59,714 bases of DNA, taken from positions 1 to 59,714 of the forward strand of contig JAUWQO010000005.1 of assembly GCA_030610995.1 (NCBI GenBank), written 5' to 3'. The notes beneath the pieces are model-generated. The model saw nothing but the letters and a program-made list of their open reading frames with translations. It was not told the origin of the DNA and did no database searches. This DNA comes from Desulfobacterales bacterium. Lineage in GTDB: Bacteria; Desulfobacterota; Desulfobacteria; Desulfobacterales; ETH-SRB1. The first letter of the stretch is position 1; each line of letters opens with the position of its first letter. Made by a program: the position numbers and the translations under genes. Below, piece after piece: positions 18,350 to 28,039 of the stretch.

Positions 18350-18766
18350 AGGAGTGAGGAACACGCCTTATCATGATTCTTTAGATAAACAGATACCTTG
18401 ATGCTTTTATCACCAAGGGTTAAACACAGACATACCCCCTTTTTTTATTTCTCCAGTTAACTTATAAATCAATGTTCCGTATATTCTCTCTTATTTTTCA
18501 ATGGCTGTTCCCGTGGGTTTCCTTCCTGACGATATAAACTTATAAACCGAGCTACATCCCATAGATTTCCCCTCCCGCCGTTTTGTCCCCAAGGTTTACG
18601 ATTTTTATTTCTTGACTTTTTTGATAGATAATTATTATTATTAACATATTCTTGAAGTTTATGGGCATGTTTTTGCTTTGATTTATTCGAATAACTGGTT
18701 TGAAATATTTACTTTTGAGGTTAGAATTTATTCATCTAAATTTCAAGGACATTACAAAAATAATGC

Positions 18767-19477
18767 ATGGAGAATCCTATAATGGCCGAAGCCAAGACCG
18801 AAGGGAAAAAGCAGGGGAAGAAGGCTAAGGGAGAGAAATCTCCTTTTGCGTCGATCAAAGATGTCCGAAAAGCTCTCCACGACTGCCGGAAGCTTATGGA
18901 TGATGGCGTTATAAGTCTTGAATTGCGATGTCCTTATAATGTGGTTTTTAGGGTAGATGAGGAAAAATTCAAAAATTCCGATGGCTGGGACGAAAAGAAG
19001 CGAAAAAAATTCCGAAGGCTTTTATCTCAAGAAATTACTTCAGGCTTGGAAAGCGCTCTTTCCGGGGATATAATACCGGCCTTTGCGCCTGATGTGTTTC
19101 ATTCAGATATGGCACGTAAAGTGGCTGAGGTCATAATGGAGGAAACCAGGAAGATCTTGGTCACTCCTGTTATTGAAGAATGGTCGCGTGTCAAGCATTC
19201 CTCAAAAAATAGTGTACTTCAGTCGGTTGAGTGGGAAATTAATACAAAAGAAAGAGACAGGCATTTGGGCGATTTGAAGCACCTGCGCTACGCCACTGTC
19301 CGGTTATGGCACAGCGAGACAGGGGAGATGAGGAGAGATAAACGGCTTTTCTTTTTTCCACCATTTTCTGAGACAAAGAACAAGAGCTTAACTTTCGATT
19401 TACATTCGAATGAAATTAAAATACTTATTAACGACCTTACAAAAATATTAAAGGCACTGGAGAAAGCTGATTCATAG
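18767..19477 (+). CDS. Hypothetical protein with C-terminal COMM-domain-like region
   Basis: C-terminus LQSVEWEINTKERDRHLGDLKHLRYATVRL...SLTFDLHSNEIKILINDLTKILKAL follows the beta(W)-beta-beta-helix COMM pattern; judged by eye only. Confidence 0.6.
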   Translation: MENPIMAEAKTEGKKQGKKAKGEKSPFASIKDVRKALHDCRKLMDDGVISLELRCPYNVVFRVDEEKFKNSDGWDEKKRKKFRRLLSQEITSGLESALSGDIIPAFAPDVFHSDMARKVAEVIMEETRKILVTPVIEEWSRVKHSSKNSVLQSVEWEINTKERDRHLGDLKHLRYATVRLWHSETGEMRRDKRLFFFPPFSETKNKSLTFDLHSNEIKILINDLTKILKALEKADS

Positions 19478-19497
19478 TACCACGGACGAGGATAATC

Positions 19498-20118
19498 ATG
19501 GCTAAAGCCAGGAATATAGAAAAATCACGTAGTGTCCCTCGGAGAATGTTTTTGGGTGAAAGAGGTATTACCCATTCGGAGCAGAGGGTTCGAAACTTAG
19601 AAGACTACTTGAAGATGTTTTTCGGGTATGATCCCGACTCCTCAGATCCAAGAAAAGCCGCTATCAAAGATAGTTTGTTTCTTTTTCAACAGTTGCGGGG
19701 TGATTCCGTTATTTCTGATCCTCCAATTGAGGAAAAAGGCCGGTTCCATGAAGAATTGGAAGCAGTTGTAGCTGCCGCAAAGGCTTTATTTACCGGCTTT
19801 GACGACCTGATGACCCGATGCGCACGGCATACCGATCTGTGCGCAGCCCTTCGCGTCTTAAGAACGGAGGCAAAAGATAAACCGAGGAGTTCTTTTTTTC
19901 GGGTTATTGTAGACATCCACGACTGCGTACGGTTCACGGGACCGGAGGCCACGTCAAAAAAAATGGCTGAGGCCACTAGTAATGTCGTTGCGAATTTGTC
20001 TGACTCGATGACGAAGGAAGAATTGTTCTCTATAACCGACAAATTATTTGATGCTGGCCTCCGTCCGTGGTCACTACCGCGTGGGGATCAGGAAAAGATG
20101 AATAGCAGTGGCAAGTAA
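19498..20118 (+). CDS. Hypothetical, predicted all-helical protein
   Basis: 206 aa; GAGG RBS; overlaps the next gene by 11 bp. Confidence 0.75.
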   Translation: MAKARNIEKSRSVPRRMFLGERGITHSEQRVRNLEDYLKMFFGYDPDSSDPRKAAIKDSLFLFQQLRGDSVISDPPIEEKGRFHEELEAVVAAAKALFTGFDDLMTRCARHTDLCAALRVLRTEAKDKPRSSFFRVIVDIHDCVRFTGPEATSKKMAEATSNVVANLSDSMTKEELFSITDKLFDAGLRPWSLPRGDQEKMNSSGK

Positions 20119-20971
20119 GGTGGATTCTGCGACTTGGGAGACGGGGGAGGCCGTTTTTCTGGAAACTACGGCTGCGGCTGAGCGTGTTTTCGGCTTACCG
20201 GAAACAATAGAATTCATTGACGGGGTATGCCAGGACAAAACACTTCTTAGTTCTACCTATGTTTGGGATGAATTTCGGCGAACATTTCTTTATGATACCA
20301 TAATTTGCCACACTGTTTTTGTAAATTCTCTTGAAAGACAAGAAGATTTTGCCACGGCGCTCAAACGCTTGCCAAGGTTTTATGAACTTCGGTACAAGCC
20401 GCGAAAATTACGTAGAGCTTTGGATGTAATCGCCCGCCTGCATGAAACACCTTTTGAATCCTTAGAAGAAGCAATTCAACGCCTTGACAATGATATACGG
20501 TATACGCTTAAGCGACTCTTTTTTAATGGTTTGCAACGCCCTCTTTTGGACGGTGCTGGGTGCCGAATGACAGCCGAAAATATTATAGAAACTTCACCAC
20601 AAGTAACAGACAGATACGGGACGTTCAAGCTGCCCTCAAAATGCAGCAAAAAGGAAAGGCCGGAGTGCAAAATAATTTCTTTTTGGAAAGAACGCAGGGC
20701 GGACATTGAAGCGGTTGCCAACATGAAAATACCGAGTGGCATAAAAAAGAACGTTCGTACCGAATTAGAGGAATTTCGAAAAGCAGCCCAAGCCATACTA
20801 AAGGGTAAAACGATTGAAGCCTATGGCACGCGGTGTTACGCGAAAATGGCCGATATAATTATTTGCCTCGAATGTCCTCCTGGTATTCCTATCGTAACCA
20901 GCAATAAAAAACACTATCGTCCGCTTTGCCAAACTCTTCGAAGACCCGACCCAATCTGCTTCCAGCCATGA
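20108..20971 (+). CDS. PIN-domain-like putative nuclease with Cys-rich insertion
   Basis: AVFLETT, VWDEF, MADIII and IVTSNKKHY match the order of PIN catalytic motifs; GTG start. Confidence 0.6.
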   Translation: MASKVDSATWETGEAVFLETTAAAERVFGLPETIEFIDGVCQDKTLLSSTYVWDEFRRTFLYDTIICHTVFVNSLERQEDFATALKRLPRFYELRYKPRKLRRALDVIARLHETPFESLEEAIQRLDNDIRYTLKRLFFNGLQRPLLDGAGCRMTAENIIETSPQVTDRYGTFKLPSKCSKKERPECKIISFWKERRADIEAVANMKIPSGIKKNVRTELEEFRKAAQAILKGKTIEAYGTRCYAKMADIIICLECPPGIPIVTSNKKHYRPLCQTLRRPDPICFQP

Positions 20972-21076
20972 ATGCCCATAAGACCCGCAAAACGGTATCC
21001 ACAGAGATTTATTTCTTAAAACCATCCTTCTAAATATCCATGGCGGCGTTGGATCAGCCTCAAGCCATAATCCAAT

Positions 21077-21221
21077 TTGCCCAGCCGGAAACATTCTCCA
21101 TGTTTACTGGCCGGGCACCCATTTTAATAAGGTTTTTATTGTAATCACTGTCAAATGTATAAATTGGTTTTTGCCAGGACATTTTGCCGAGCAAAAAAAG
21201 GCTGTTGAGTTATGGCGAAGG
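21077..21221 (-). pseudogene. Internally deleted copy of the DprA-like gene at 28526-29161
   Basis: 21077-21175 matches ~28540-28638 and 21173-21221 matches ~29003-29051; the two parts join at a GCCA microhomology. Confidence 0.85.
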
Positions 21222-21271
21222 TATTAAATAACCGGCCATTATATTTGCTTTTTTATAAAAATCAGTACCTG

Positions 21272-21625
21272 CTATTCACTGTTCAAGGCCACATGTGTTC
21301 CTTGTTCTAATACAGGCCTGTCCAAAAGGATGGCCTCAGCCACTTTTTCCGGAACTTCTTTCCTGGACAAAAAACCTAGCTTGACCGCTCTGCAGACGAG
21401 AAAGTCGTCTTCCATGGAAGAATAGGTTTCCCATAGCTCATGGGATGTTTTTTGATGAAAGCTGTGAATTCGATCATTCAGCTCGAAACAGTCGATTTCC
21501 TGCCGGCGCCATTGAGCAAAGTGTCTGTCCAACATCTCCAGGGCTCTGCTCAATTCGCGCTCATGTGCAAACCCGGCCAGCTCCAGCAGCTTTTTACGAA
21601 TTGGTTTTGAATAATTATGTGTCAT
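21272..21625 (-). CDS. Hypothetical protein
   Basis: 117 aa helical ORF (AHERELSRAL...ELNDRIHSFH) with protein-like composition. Confidence 0.7.
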   Translation of the reverse strand: MTHNYSKPIRKKLLELAGFAHERELSRALEMLDRHFAQWRRQEIDCFELNDRIHSFHQKTSHELWETYSSMEDDFLVCRAVKLGFLSRKEVPEKVAEAILLDRPVLEQGTHVALNSE

Positions 21626-21793
21626 ATTTTATAATTATTTCAATATATTTTAGAAATTTATAATTCTATGGATGCTACCTGCTTCAATAGCATCTGTTTC
21701 CAACTAATGCGCTGATCAAGACGCGACACCAAATCACTTTTAAGCTTCGAAACTCTTCTGTTATTAAGGTTTTTGTCTCTTATTGTCTTTCAT

Positions 21794-21875
21794 GGGTCAA
21801 AGGCAGACTTGACACTTTATTTTCTGATAAAGATAACTCGAAAAAATCAATAGTTAATATTTAAGATGTGACCCT
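21794..21875. repeat. GGGTCA...AAGATGTGACCC mini-element; direct counterpart at 28040-28085
   Basis: ATTTAAGATGTGACCCT (21859-21875) versus ATTTAAGATGTCACCCT (28069-28085), 16/17 identical; both preceded by GGGTCAA. Confidence 0.6.
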
Positions 21876-21897
21876 GTTTTCTGTTCCTCCTAAATAA

Positions 21898-21955
21898 TAA
21901 GTTCGGGATCTTCAGCCGTAGCGATTAGCTGTCGGCTGTAAGAGAAAGGTTATGT
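21898..21955 (-). other. attC site with damaged R' box
   Basis: Minus strand reads ACATAAC-CTTTCTCTTACAGCCGAC...CGGCTGAAG-ATCCCGAAC. The stop codon is inside R'' and the L arms pair, but the GTT core is missing. Confidence 0.65.
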
Positions 21956-22612
21956 GCCGCTTTGTTTCCGGACATCTATCCTTTCCTTGAGCCGTTCAAT
22001 CCTTGAAGGGGCAATGTAAACGTACTCTACCACGGCGCGAAAGAAATCATCCAAGAGTTCTGCGTCCCAGAAATCAACTTCCTGTTCAGCGGCGTGCGCA
22101 CCAAGATTCCCAATGAGTCTCATGAGTTCCGTAATTTCGGAGAAATAGCCCGGAAAGACGCCCCGGCTGGAAAGGTCTTTCAATTGCTCAAACAGAGTCC
22201 GCCCATGGGCCTTTTGGTCATGGCAGATGAACTCCAATGCCCTTCTGATCTGACCTGCGAAGGCATTCGGTGCGATGTGTCTTAATGGCCAGATCTCCTC
22301 GTAGATTCTCTGTATTCTTTCTGGGACGCACTTTGTAGAAGCGACTTTGTGCCGCTCAGGTAAGAGCTGGCTTCCGCGAGGATAAATGCGGGTCTGCTCC
22401 ATGGACTCGTGCCTTGAATAGCCTGAGAAGTCCCCGTAAATACTTATGCCTTGGCATGTTGGACATTGATAAAGATAATAGTCGAAGTCCTCGTTATGCC
22501 GCTGCCCATCTATATGCTCGAAAAGCTCTTGCCCGCGCTGATATCCTACACGTTTGTGGGGCACTCGGTTACTGCAGTGATAGCAAATCAGTAGTTCCGT
22601 ATCATTCCACAT
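21950..22612 (-). CDS. DUF4145 (HEPN-like) protein with N-terminal zinc ribbon; cassette gene
   Basis: CYHC...CPTC, IRRALEFIC, RLIGNLGAH. Confidence 0.85.
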   Translation of the reverse strand: MWNDTELLICYHCSNRVPHKRVGYQRGQELFEHIDGQRHNEDFDYYLYQCPTCQGISIYGDFSGYSRHESMEQTRIYPRGSQLLPERHKVASTKCVPERIQRIYEEIWPLRHIAPNAFAGQIRRALEFICHDQKAHGRTLFEQLKDLSSRGVFPGYFSEITELMRLIGNLGAHAAEQEVDFWDAELLDDFFRAVVEYVYIAPSRIERLKERIDVRKQSGT

Positions 22613-22637
22613 AGCACTTACTCAAGAGATTGAAGGC

Positions 22638-22705
22638 TCATAACGACGGCTCTCACCATGGATGGCCGCTCTTTGGCCCGAATCTGGTGCAAAGCCAGGT
22701 TAGCC
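22638..22705 (-). other. attC site (68 bp)
   Basis: Minus strand reads GGCTAAC-CTGGCTTTGCACCAGATTCGGGCC...GGCCATCCATGGTGAGAGCCGTC-GTTATGA. The stop codon is in R'', and the matching GTTAGCC core is at 23739-23733. Confidence 0.85.
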
Positions 22706-23716
22706 CAACTTATTAACAAAATTGCCACTCACAAGAGCATAAGCCATTTCTGACATTTCCTTGTTTATTTCTGATGGGATGCCTTTGTCTTCTGTAAATT
22801 TATTCAGGTTATTGTCATTCTGGTCTAACCATTCAAATATTTGTTCAACGTCAGCAATCTCAACATAAGTGTTCCCAGATTTTTTTAACTTTACTTCTAT
22901 ATCGCAGTATGAAAACAAAAGAACAGTCAAGCCCATTCCATTAGCGTGTTTTCCTAAAAAATAAAACCACGGTATGCCAGCTTTTATACTCTCAGAGTAC
23001 CAATGACGTATTTCTGGTATTTCATAAACCTCTCTGGGGTCATTATCGTATCCGGCGATTAACACCTCTAAAGTACCTCGTTTTTTCAATAGAGACTCTC
23101 TGTTTATAGACAACCTATCAATAACATCTTTTAGGCCAGAAAAATCACACGCCAACACGTCGTCTTTGGGAACTAAATACACACCAAAATCCGATTTATC
23201 TATCGCGTCATTAACTTGCAAAGATAAAGCTATTTTTTTGGAGTTATCAGATACGGGACCAGCAATTAATCCCCAATCATCTTTAACCGATAGATCTAAT
23301 ACATTTTTCTCAGAAATCTCTATCCACCAACCACTTTTGCTTGGTGACGTAATATTGGCATTGAACTCAACCCATTTTCCTTCGCTACAATCACTATTTA
23401 ATACTACAAGAACAACTGGAAAAAGGCAGTTCAAGTAGTAATTCAGATGTTTGTTTTCTCCCTCATATCGAATTCCTCCTTCAGTCTTTTTGTTGAAATA
23501 TGAATCCCCACACTTAATTTGTATTCCTATCGTTTGTCCTGTTACATTTTCATCAGTCACGATATCTATGTAACCGTCTATTCCAAAATCAGATTCTTGA
23601 TGAACAGATCTATATATCCACCCCAGTTTCTGGTGAATAAAGCTATCTATAAAAGACTCTCCAGCCCTTCCTAATCGTTGACTCTTACCATATTTTGGAT
23701 ATCCAAACTTGCTCAT
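22700..23716 (-). CDS. DUF4365 (PD-(D/E)xK) + DUF1817-like protein; cassette gene
   Basis: GESF...DFGIDGYIDI...IQIKCG; C-terminal GYDNDPREVYEIPEIRHW. Confidence 0.85.
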   Translation of the reverse strand: MSKFGYPKYGKSQRLGRAGESFIDSFIHQKLGWIYRSVHQESDFGIDGYIDIVTDENVTGQTIGIQIKCGDSYFNKKTEGGIRYEGENKHLNYYLNCLFPVVLVVLNSDCSEGKWVEFNANITSPSKSGWWIEISEKNVLDLSVKDDWGLIAGPVSDNSKKIALSLQVNDAIDKSDFGVYLVPKDDVLACDFSGLKDVIDRLSINRESLLKKRGTLEVLIAGYDNDPREVYEIPEIRHWYSESIKAGIPWFYFLGKHANGMGLTVLLFSYCDIEVKLKKSGNTYVEIADVEQIFEWLDQNDNNLNKFTEDKGIPSEINKEMSEMAYALVSGNFVNKLG

Positions 23717-23776
23717 ACAGTTCTCGCTATTAGGCTAACCTATATCCCTCGTCCCCTATATCCCTCGTTTTTTTGT

Positions 23777-25759
23777 TCATCGGACTTCCTTAATGGCCCA
23801 GCCAAGTTTCTCTAATGCCTGAAGATCACCATCTTTGATGTGTTCATCAAGTACCGCCAGGCAGAGAAGATTTGTCGGACGAGTCATAGCAACGTAGATT
23901 CGTTTGAGATGTTCGGCAAGGCGCTTGCGTGGGTTAGCGTTTGGCAGTTGTCCTTTCAGATACCCTTTATCAATCAACACCATTAAATCGTGCTCGTAGA
24001 AGATGGTTTCGAGCACGAGTACAGCGCAGAGCGTTTCGCCTTTTACGGAATGAATCGTATCAACCTTCACGGAAACCGGCCCAGCCTCACACTGGTAGCA
24101 GAAAACGTTATCGTTGGCCAGACTCTGGTTCTGAAGGGCTTGTTGAACATTCGCCTCACCACTGGTGTTACGAATGAATTGGTCAACATCCGGGTTCCAA
24201 GATTCGGCGTTGAAATGCCCGAGGGCAGCACGCGCTTCCTCAGCAAACTCATCCAGGTTTGGTTTTCCTCCTCTTAGAAGAGTCTGACATGTTATTGCCA
24301 GAAGTGTATTCAAACGCAGGTACCCTACTGGACATTTCTCTCTGAGTTGACGAACCATTGTGCTTGGGCTAAGAGAGCGACTGATATCTGTGACTCCCTG
24401 CAAACGCAGCATCCTCGCGCAGGCCTCGAGCAGCAATGTTCGCCCTTCCCCCGTTGATCTATTCGTGATCATCCCTGTTTGGGCTTGGTCAAGGTGGGCG
24501 GAAAGGCATGTCAGGCGTGCCTTCGCTCGTTGGTGTCTTGGCACGAAAGACGGCCAATAATCGCTGATAGCACTCGGGAACTTGTTTGCTTCCTCCTTTG
24601 CTTTGCTGTTTGCCCCCACGGCCTTGACCTGGGTTTCGCTGAGTCCAGTGCAGATCTCACGCGCGACCAGACGACAGAAATTCGGAAGAACCTCCTGTAT
24701 GCGATCTCTCTTAAAGACAAGCACCGTGTGCCGTCGATCTGCCTTGCGTGTATCGCCAATAAGCTCTTCTGGAGGGCTGTCTGCACAGACACATTGGGAG
24801 AGGCGGGCGATTGAGGGGCTCAGTCGAAACGACTTCTTCATCGGCAACACAATCCCTCGGGGGAAATGTGCGCCGGTCGTGTTGTCCGCGGTCGAATGGT
24901 AAATTGCCTGCCGGTTGTCCCCAAAACGCTGAACGACGGAACGCTCTGGGAAGAGAGTATCGAGAAGGCGACCCTGTTCAACAATTGTGTCCTGCATCTC
25001 ATCGAAAAAGACCATTAGGAAGCGCTCTTGCAGCAGATCGGCAACCATAGGATGTTTCTTCAGATACCATCCTGCTAAAGCAGCCATGTCTTGATATCTG
25101 AACATTCCCTGCTGTGACATGCGCTCCTTGAATTGCTGCAATTGTTTTCCTGTCGCACTGTCCAAACCCACGGGTTGCCTCTTCGTTCCCAATGGCGGGA
25201 GTGAAAGGTCTTCGTCCTTATACTCAATCACTCTACTAATATAGTCTGCGATTGTGACATTTGGGTTCCTCTTTATCCAATTTGATATCGCATTCCACGC
25301 TGTTGCGTAAGGGCCATTTCGCCGTGTGCCCTGGAAAAACTCCTTCTTAGCCTCAATTTCGTAGTACTCATTCTCAACGACACCTGGACGAGTGCCGAAT
25401 CTCTCGATTGCCGCTGGGATTGACAGAAACTGATGGAGGAAGGACTGTATCGTGCCCACAAAGTGCGGGTATGCAGTAAGTGCCCGTAGGAATGGTACTT
25501 GCGAAAACCTTCTCTCGATTTCCCTCCGAGCAGCGTTTGTATGGGAGAGAACGCAGATACCCCGATGCTTGTAATTCCATTTGGATGCAAGAATGCCGAG
25601 TTTAGTGACGAGGAGCGTCGTCTTTCCGCTGCCCGGACATGCCCGAATGTCGACAGTATCCATGCAGCGTAGGACGGCACGACGTTCTTGGTCCAAAGGA
25701 AAGCCCCATTGCGCTTCGGCAGCCTCAATGTCCATGTCGCAAATTTCAGGGAGTCGCAT
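23777..25759 (-). CDS. gajB: UvrD-like helicase (GajB-like)
   Basis: ACPGSGKTT, SHTN, DEMQD, FGDNRQAIY, TIHSVKGET, YVAMTRP. The ATG at 25759 overlaps the end of the upstream nuclease gene. Confidence 0.85.
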   Translation of the reverse strand: MRLPEICDMDIEAAEAQWGFPLDQERRAVLRCMDTVDIRACPGSGKTTLLVTKLGILASKWNYKHRGICVLSHTNAARREIERRFSQVPFLRALTAYPHFVGTIQSFLHQFLSIPAAIERFGTRPGVVENEYYEIEAKKEFFQGTRRNGPYATAWNAISNWIKRNPNVTIADYISRVIEYKDEDLSLPPLGTKRQPVGLDSATGKQLQQFKERMSQQGMFRYQDMAALAGWYLKKHPMVADLLQERFLMVFFDEMQDTIVEQGRLLDTLFPERSVVQRFGDNRQAIYHSTADNTTGAHFPRGIVLPMKKSFRLSPSIARLSQCVCADSPPEELIGDTRKADRRHTVLVFKRDRIQEVLPNFCRLVAREICTGLSETQVKAVGANSKAKEEANKFPSAISDYWPSFVPRHQRAKARLTCLSAHLDQAQTGMITNRSTGEGRTLLLEACARMLRLQGVTDISRSLSPSTMVRQLREKCPVGYLRLNTLLAITCQTLLRGGKPNLDEFAEEARAALGHFNAESWNPDVDQFIRNTSGEANVQQALQNQSLANDNVFCYQCEAGPVSVKVDTIHSVKGETLCAVLVLETIFYEHDLMVLIDKGYLKGQLPNANPRKRLAEHLKRIYVAMTRPTNLLCLAVLDEHIKDGDLQALEKLGWAIKEVR

Positions 25760-27731
25760 CGAGCGTGCCTCCTTCCTCGTCTTCAGCGCCGCTTGTGCTT
25801 GTCGCTCCAGTGGCGTGGTCGATGGCTCTGACGAGGTAACCCGGCAGCGCTCGTCGCCAACGCGCCTCATCCCAGTCCGGAGCGCAGTAACGCCGCTCCA
25901 AGAGGCTTGCTATGCACTGCGCCGTCTCGGCCTTGGATACTTGCCTTTTCAGCAGTGGATCATAGATTAGGCAAGCAATTTCCTTTGCCGATTTGCCTTC
26001 ATCATGCCACTGCTTGTATTCCGCGTTTGCTTTTCGAATGATTTCTTTGGCTTTGTTGCCTATTGGAAAGGATGCATAGGTAGAATTGGCAGATTTAGCC
26101 AGCGATATGGCAACATGAAGGTAAGGAGCCAAGTCGGTCAGAGCAAGGTCGAACTCGAAGGTCCAGCATGGCGACACTTCAGTAATGACCGGGCCACCAT
26201 CGTTGGCTTTCCGAGACTTAATTCGGCTGTTGATTTTATCTTTAGGCCATTCGTTTTCTGTCTTCCTTTCAGCAGACAACAGAGGCTTTGCTTCAACTGG
26301 TGGGATGTCCCGATCAGCAAGGCACGAAACACGAACGGACATTTGCGGGTTGCTCTTCTGTTGAAAGACACGCGAGTATCGGAACAAACCGACGTGTCCA
26401 ACCTTAACAATCGAAACGCCATGCTTCGTGAGCGAACGGCCAATCTTCTCCGCCAATGTCGGGAGCAAGAGCGCTTCAGCATCCCCCTCGACAATTAGCA
26501 CCCCCCTAGCAAAAAACATGTTGGACTTCGTTACATCGAGAAACCGCTCCAGAAACTCGTAATCCGATTGGTTGAGGCGGGTGAATTGCGGGCCCATGGG
26601 AAAGGCCCGTCCCTTGTGCATGACAATGAGCCCCTTCACGCCGATTCTTGAGGCAAGGTTGGGACTGTGCGAAGTAAGCACAATCTGCATCTGATTCTGA
26701 GGCGACGTTGGCTTGCGCTTTGAGTGATCGCGCAGGAATTCGATAAGGCGCAACTGTCGCTGGGGTTCCAAGTGCGCTTCGGGTTCTTCAATAAGAAGGA
26801 GCGGAAACTCAGGGTCCCAGTCGTTGGAAGGAGTTAATGCGAGCAGTTCCGTTGCAATGAATAGAAGGTTGTGAATGCCAAGTCCTCGGGTCGCTCCCTC
26901 GGCGACATCTTCCAAATTCAACTCCATCCGCTCCAGAATTTGCCGCAAACCATGCGCCCTGATATTGATGTCACAGCGAAGAGGTACTTCGCCAAGGCTG
27001 AAATGTTCAAGATACTTTTCGTTTACACCCTTGGTAGCATTTTTGATGACGTCGACTTCTCTCAAATTATTTTCAGCCTTCCGCATTATTCCCACGAGAG
27101 TCTTAGGTTTGGAATCCATATCGTTTGGGTTCCAGTCGTCCTTCTCTTGGTCTTTGATACCTGGGTAGGCTCGAAGTACTTGAGACAATCGCGATCCCTT
27201 TCGCGCCGACATCTCGCTAACAGCATCGCGCAGGGGCTTTAGATAGGTTGCTCTCAAAAAGTCCTTGGCCGCTCCTTCAACGCGTTTGCCCTCCTCGTCC
27301 GATCCGGCTCTTACCTCATACGTAACGCGTCGCCTGCGAGGACTGATCTCTTTCCCATCATTCCGCTCGGCCTTGAGCCACATTCTCAGATAGAACTCGC
27401 TTTCGGCCCCTTCTCCATCAACGCTAAGATATTCCAGCAACGCACCCGCTTCCATTGAGTTCAATCCGCGAAACTCCCCGAGGATCGTCAGTTCGAGAGC
27501 AGGTTTCTCCTGCCCTACCCCGACATGAAAATCGCTTTCCTGCACGGTGAAGTAGTCCTGCGTCACCGTCCCAACCAATAGACGAATCGCATCAATGACG
27601 CATGTTTTACCCGAGTCGTTCTCCCCTACGAGGAGATTCAATCCCGGCTGAAGGTCAATGACGCCATGCCCGTCTTCCTGGCGACTACCGAAGATGCGAA
27701 AGTTCTCAATCTCGAGTCTATGCAGATACAT
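25746..27731 (-). CDS. gajA: OLD-family ATP-dependent nuclease, ABC ATPase + TOPRIM (GajA-like)
   Basis: IENFRIF, GENDSGKT, LLIEEPEAHL, TSHSP; TOPRIM motifs VEGDAE and DRD. Confidence 0.88.
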   Translation of the reverse strand: MYLHRLEIENFRIFGSRQEDGHGVIDLQPGLNLLVGENDSGKTCVIDAIRLLVGTVTQDYFTVQESDFHVGVGQEKPALELTILGEFRGLNSMEAGALLEYLSVDGEGAESEFYLRMWLKAERNDGKEISPRRRRVTYEVRAGSDEEGKRVEGAAKDFLRATYLKPLRDAVSEMSARKGSRLSQVLRAYPGIKDQEKDDWNPNDMDSKPKTLVGIMRKAENNLREVDVIKNATKGVNEKYLEHFSLGEVPLRCDINIRAHGLRQILERMELNLEDVAEGATRGLGIHNLLFIATELLALTPSNDWDPEFPLLLIEEPEAHLEPQRQLRLIEFLRDHSKRKPTSPQNQMQIVLTSHSPNLASRIGVKGLIVMHKGRAFPMGPQFTRLNQSDYEFLERFLDVTKSNMFFARGVLIVEGDAEALLLPTLAEKIGRSLTKHGVSIVKVGHVGLFRYSRVFQQKSNPQMSVRVSCLADRDIPPVEAKPLLSAERKTENEWPKDKINSRIKSRKANDGGPVITEVSPCWTFEFDLALTDLAPYLHVAISLAKSANSTYASFPIGNKAKEIIRKANAEYKQWHDEGKSAKEIACLIYDPLLKRQVSKAETAQCIASLLERRYCAPDWDEARWRRALPGYLVRAIDHATGATSTSGAEDEEGGTLDATP

Positions 27732-28039
27732 GCTAATCTCCTTTTATCGCCAGACGAGCGTTCCTTGTCCGGGGGTCCATGAAATATTAACATTTGCCTC
27801 TATTCACGAGCCCCCTCGCTGAACATCACCTCGCCTCTTCCTCCAATGCGAGTCTTTTAAGAGTTTGTCATTTCTCCGTTGCTGAGGATCAGGGGCACTC
27901 AACGGTTCTTGCGGATCTGAGCCTTGCGCTTAGCATCACCATATTTTCCAAATCTACCGCCCATGGACACTTCCAATCTTCGCATCAGACTTATTCAACA
28001 TAGGATGCTCTGTGAAATCATGTTTGCTTTTATTTAACT

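Noticed and set aside
25760-25870. Long N-terminal extension of the UvrD helicase
   Set aside because: It overlaps gajA by more than 100 bp; the ATG at 25759 after GGAGG is the better start.
27780-28010. Possible gene remnant upstream of gajA
   Set aside because: Multiple stops in the minus-strand frames I read, and no recognisable family.
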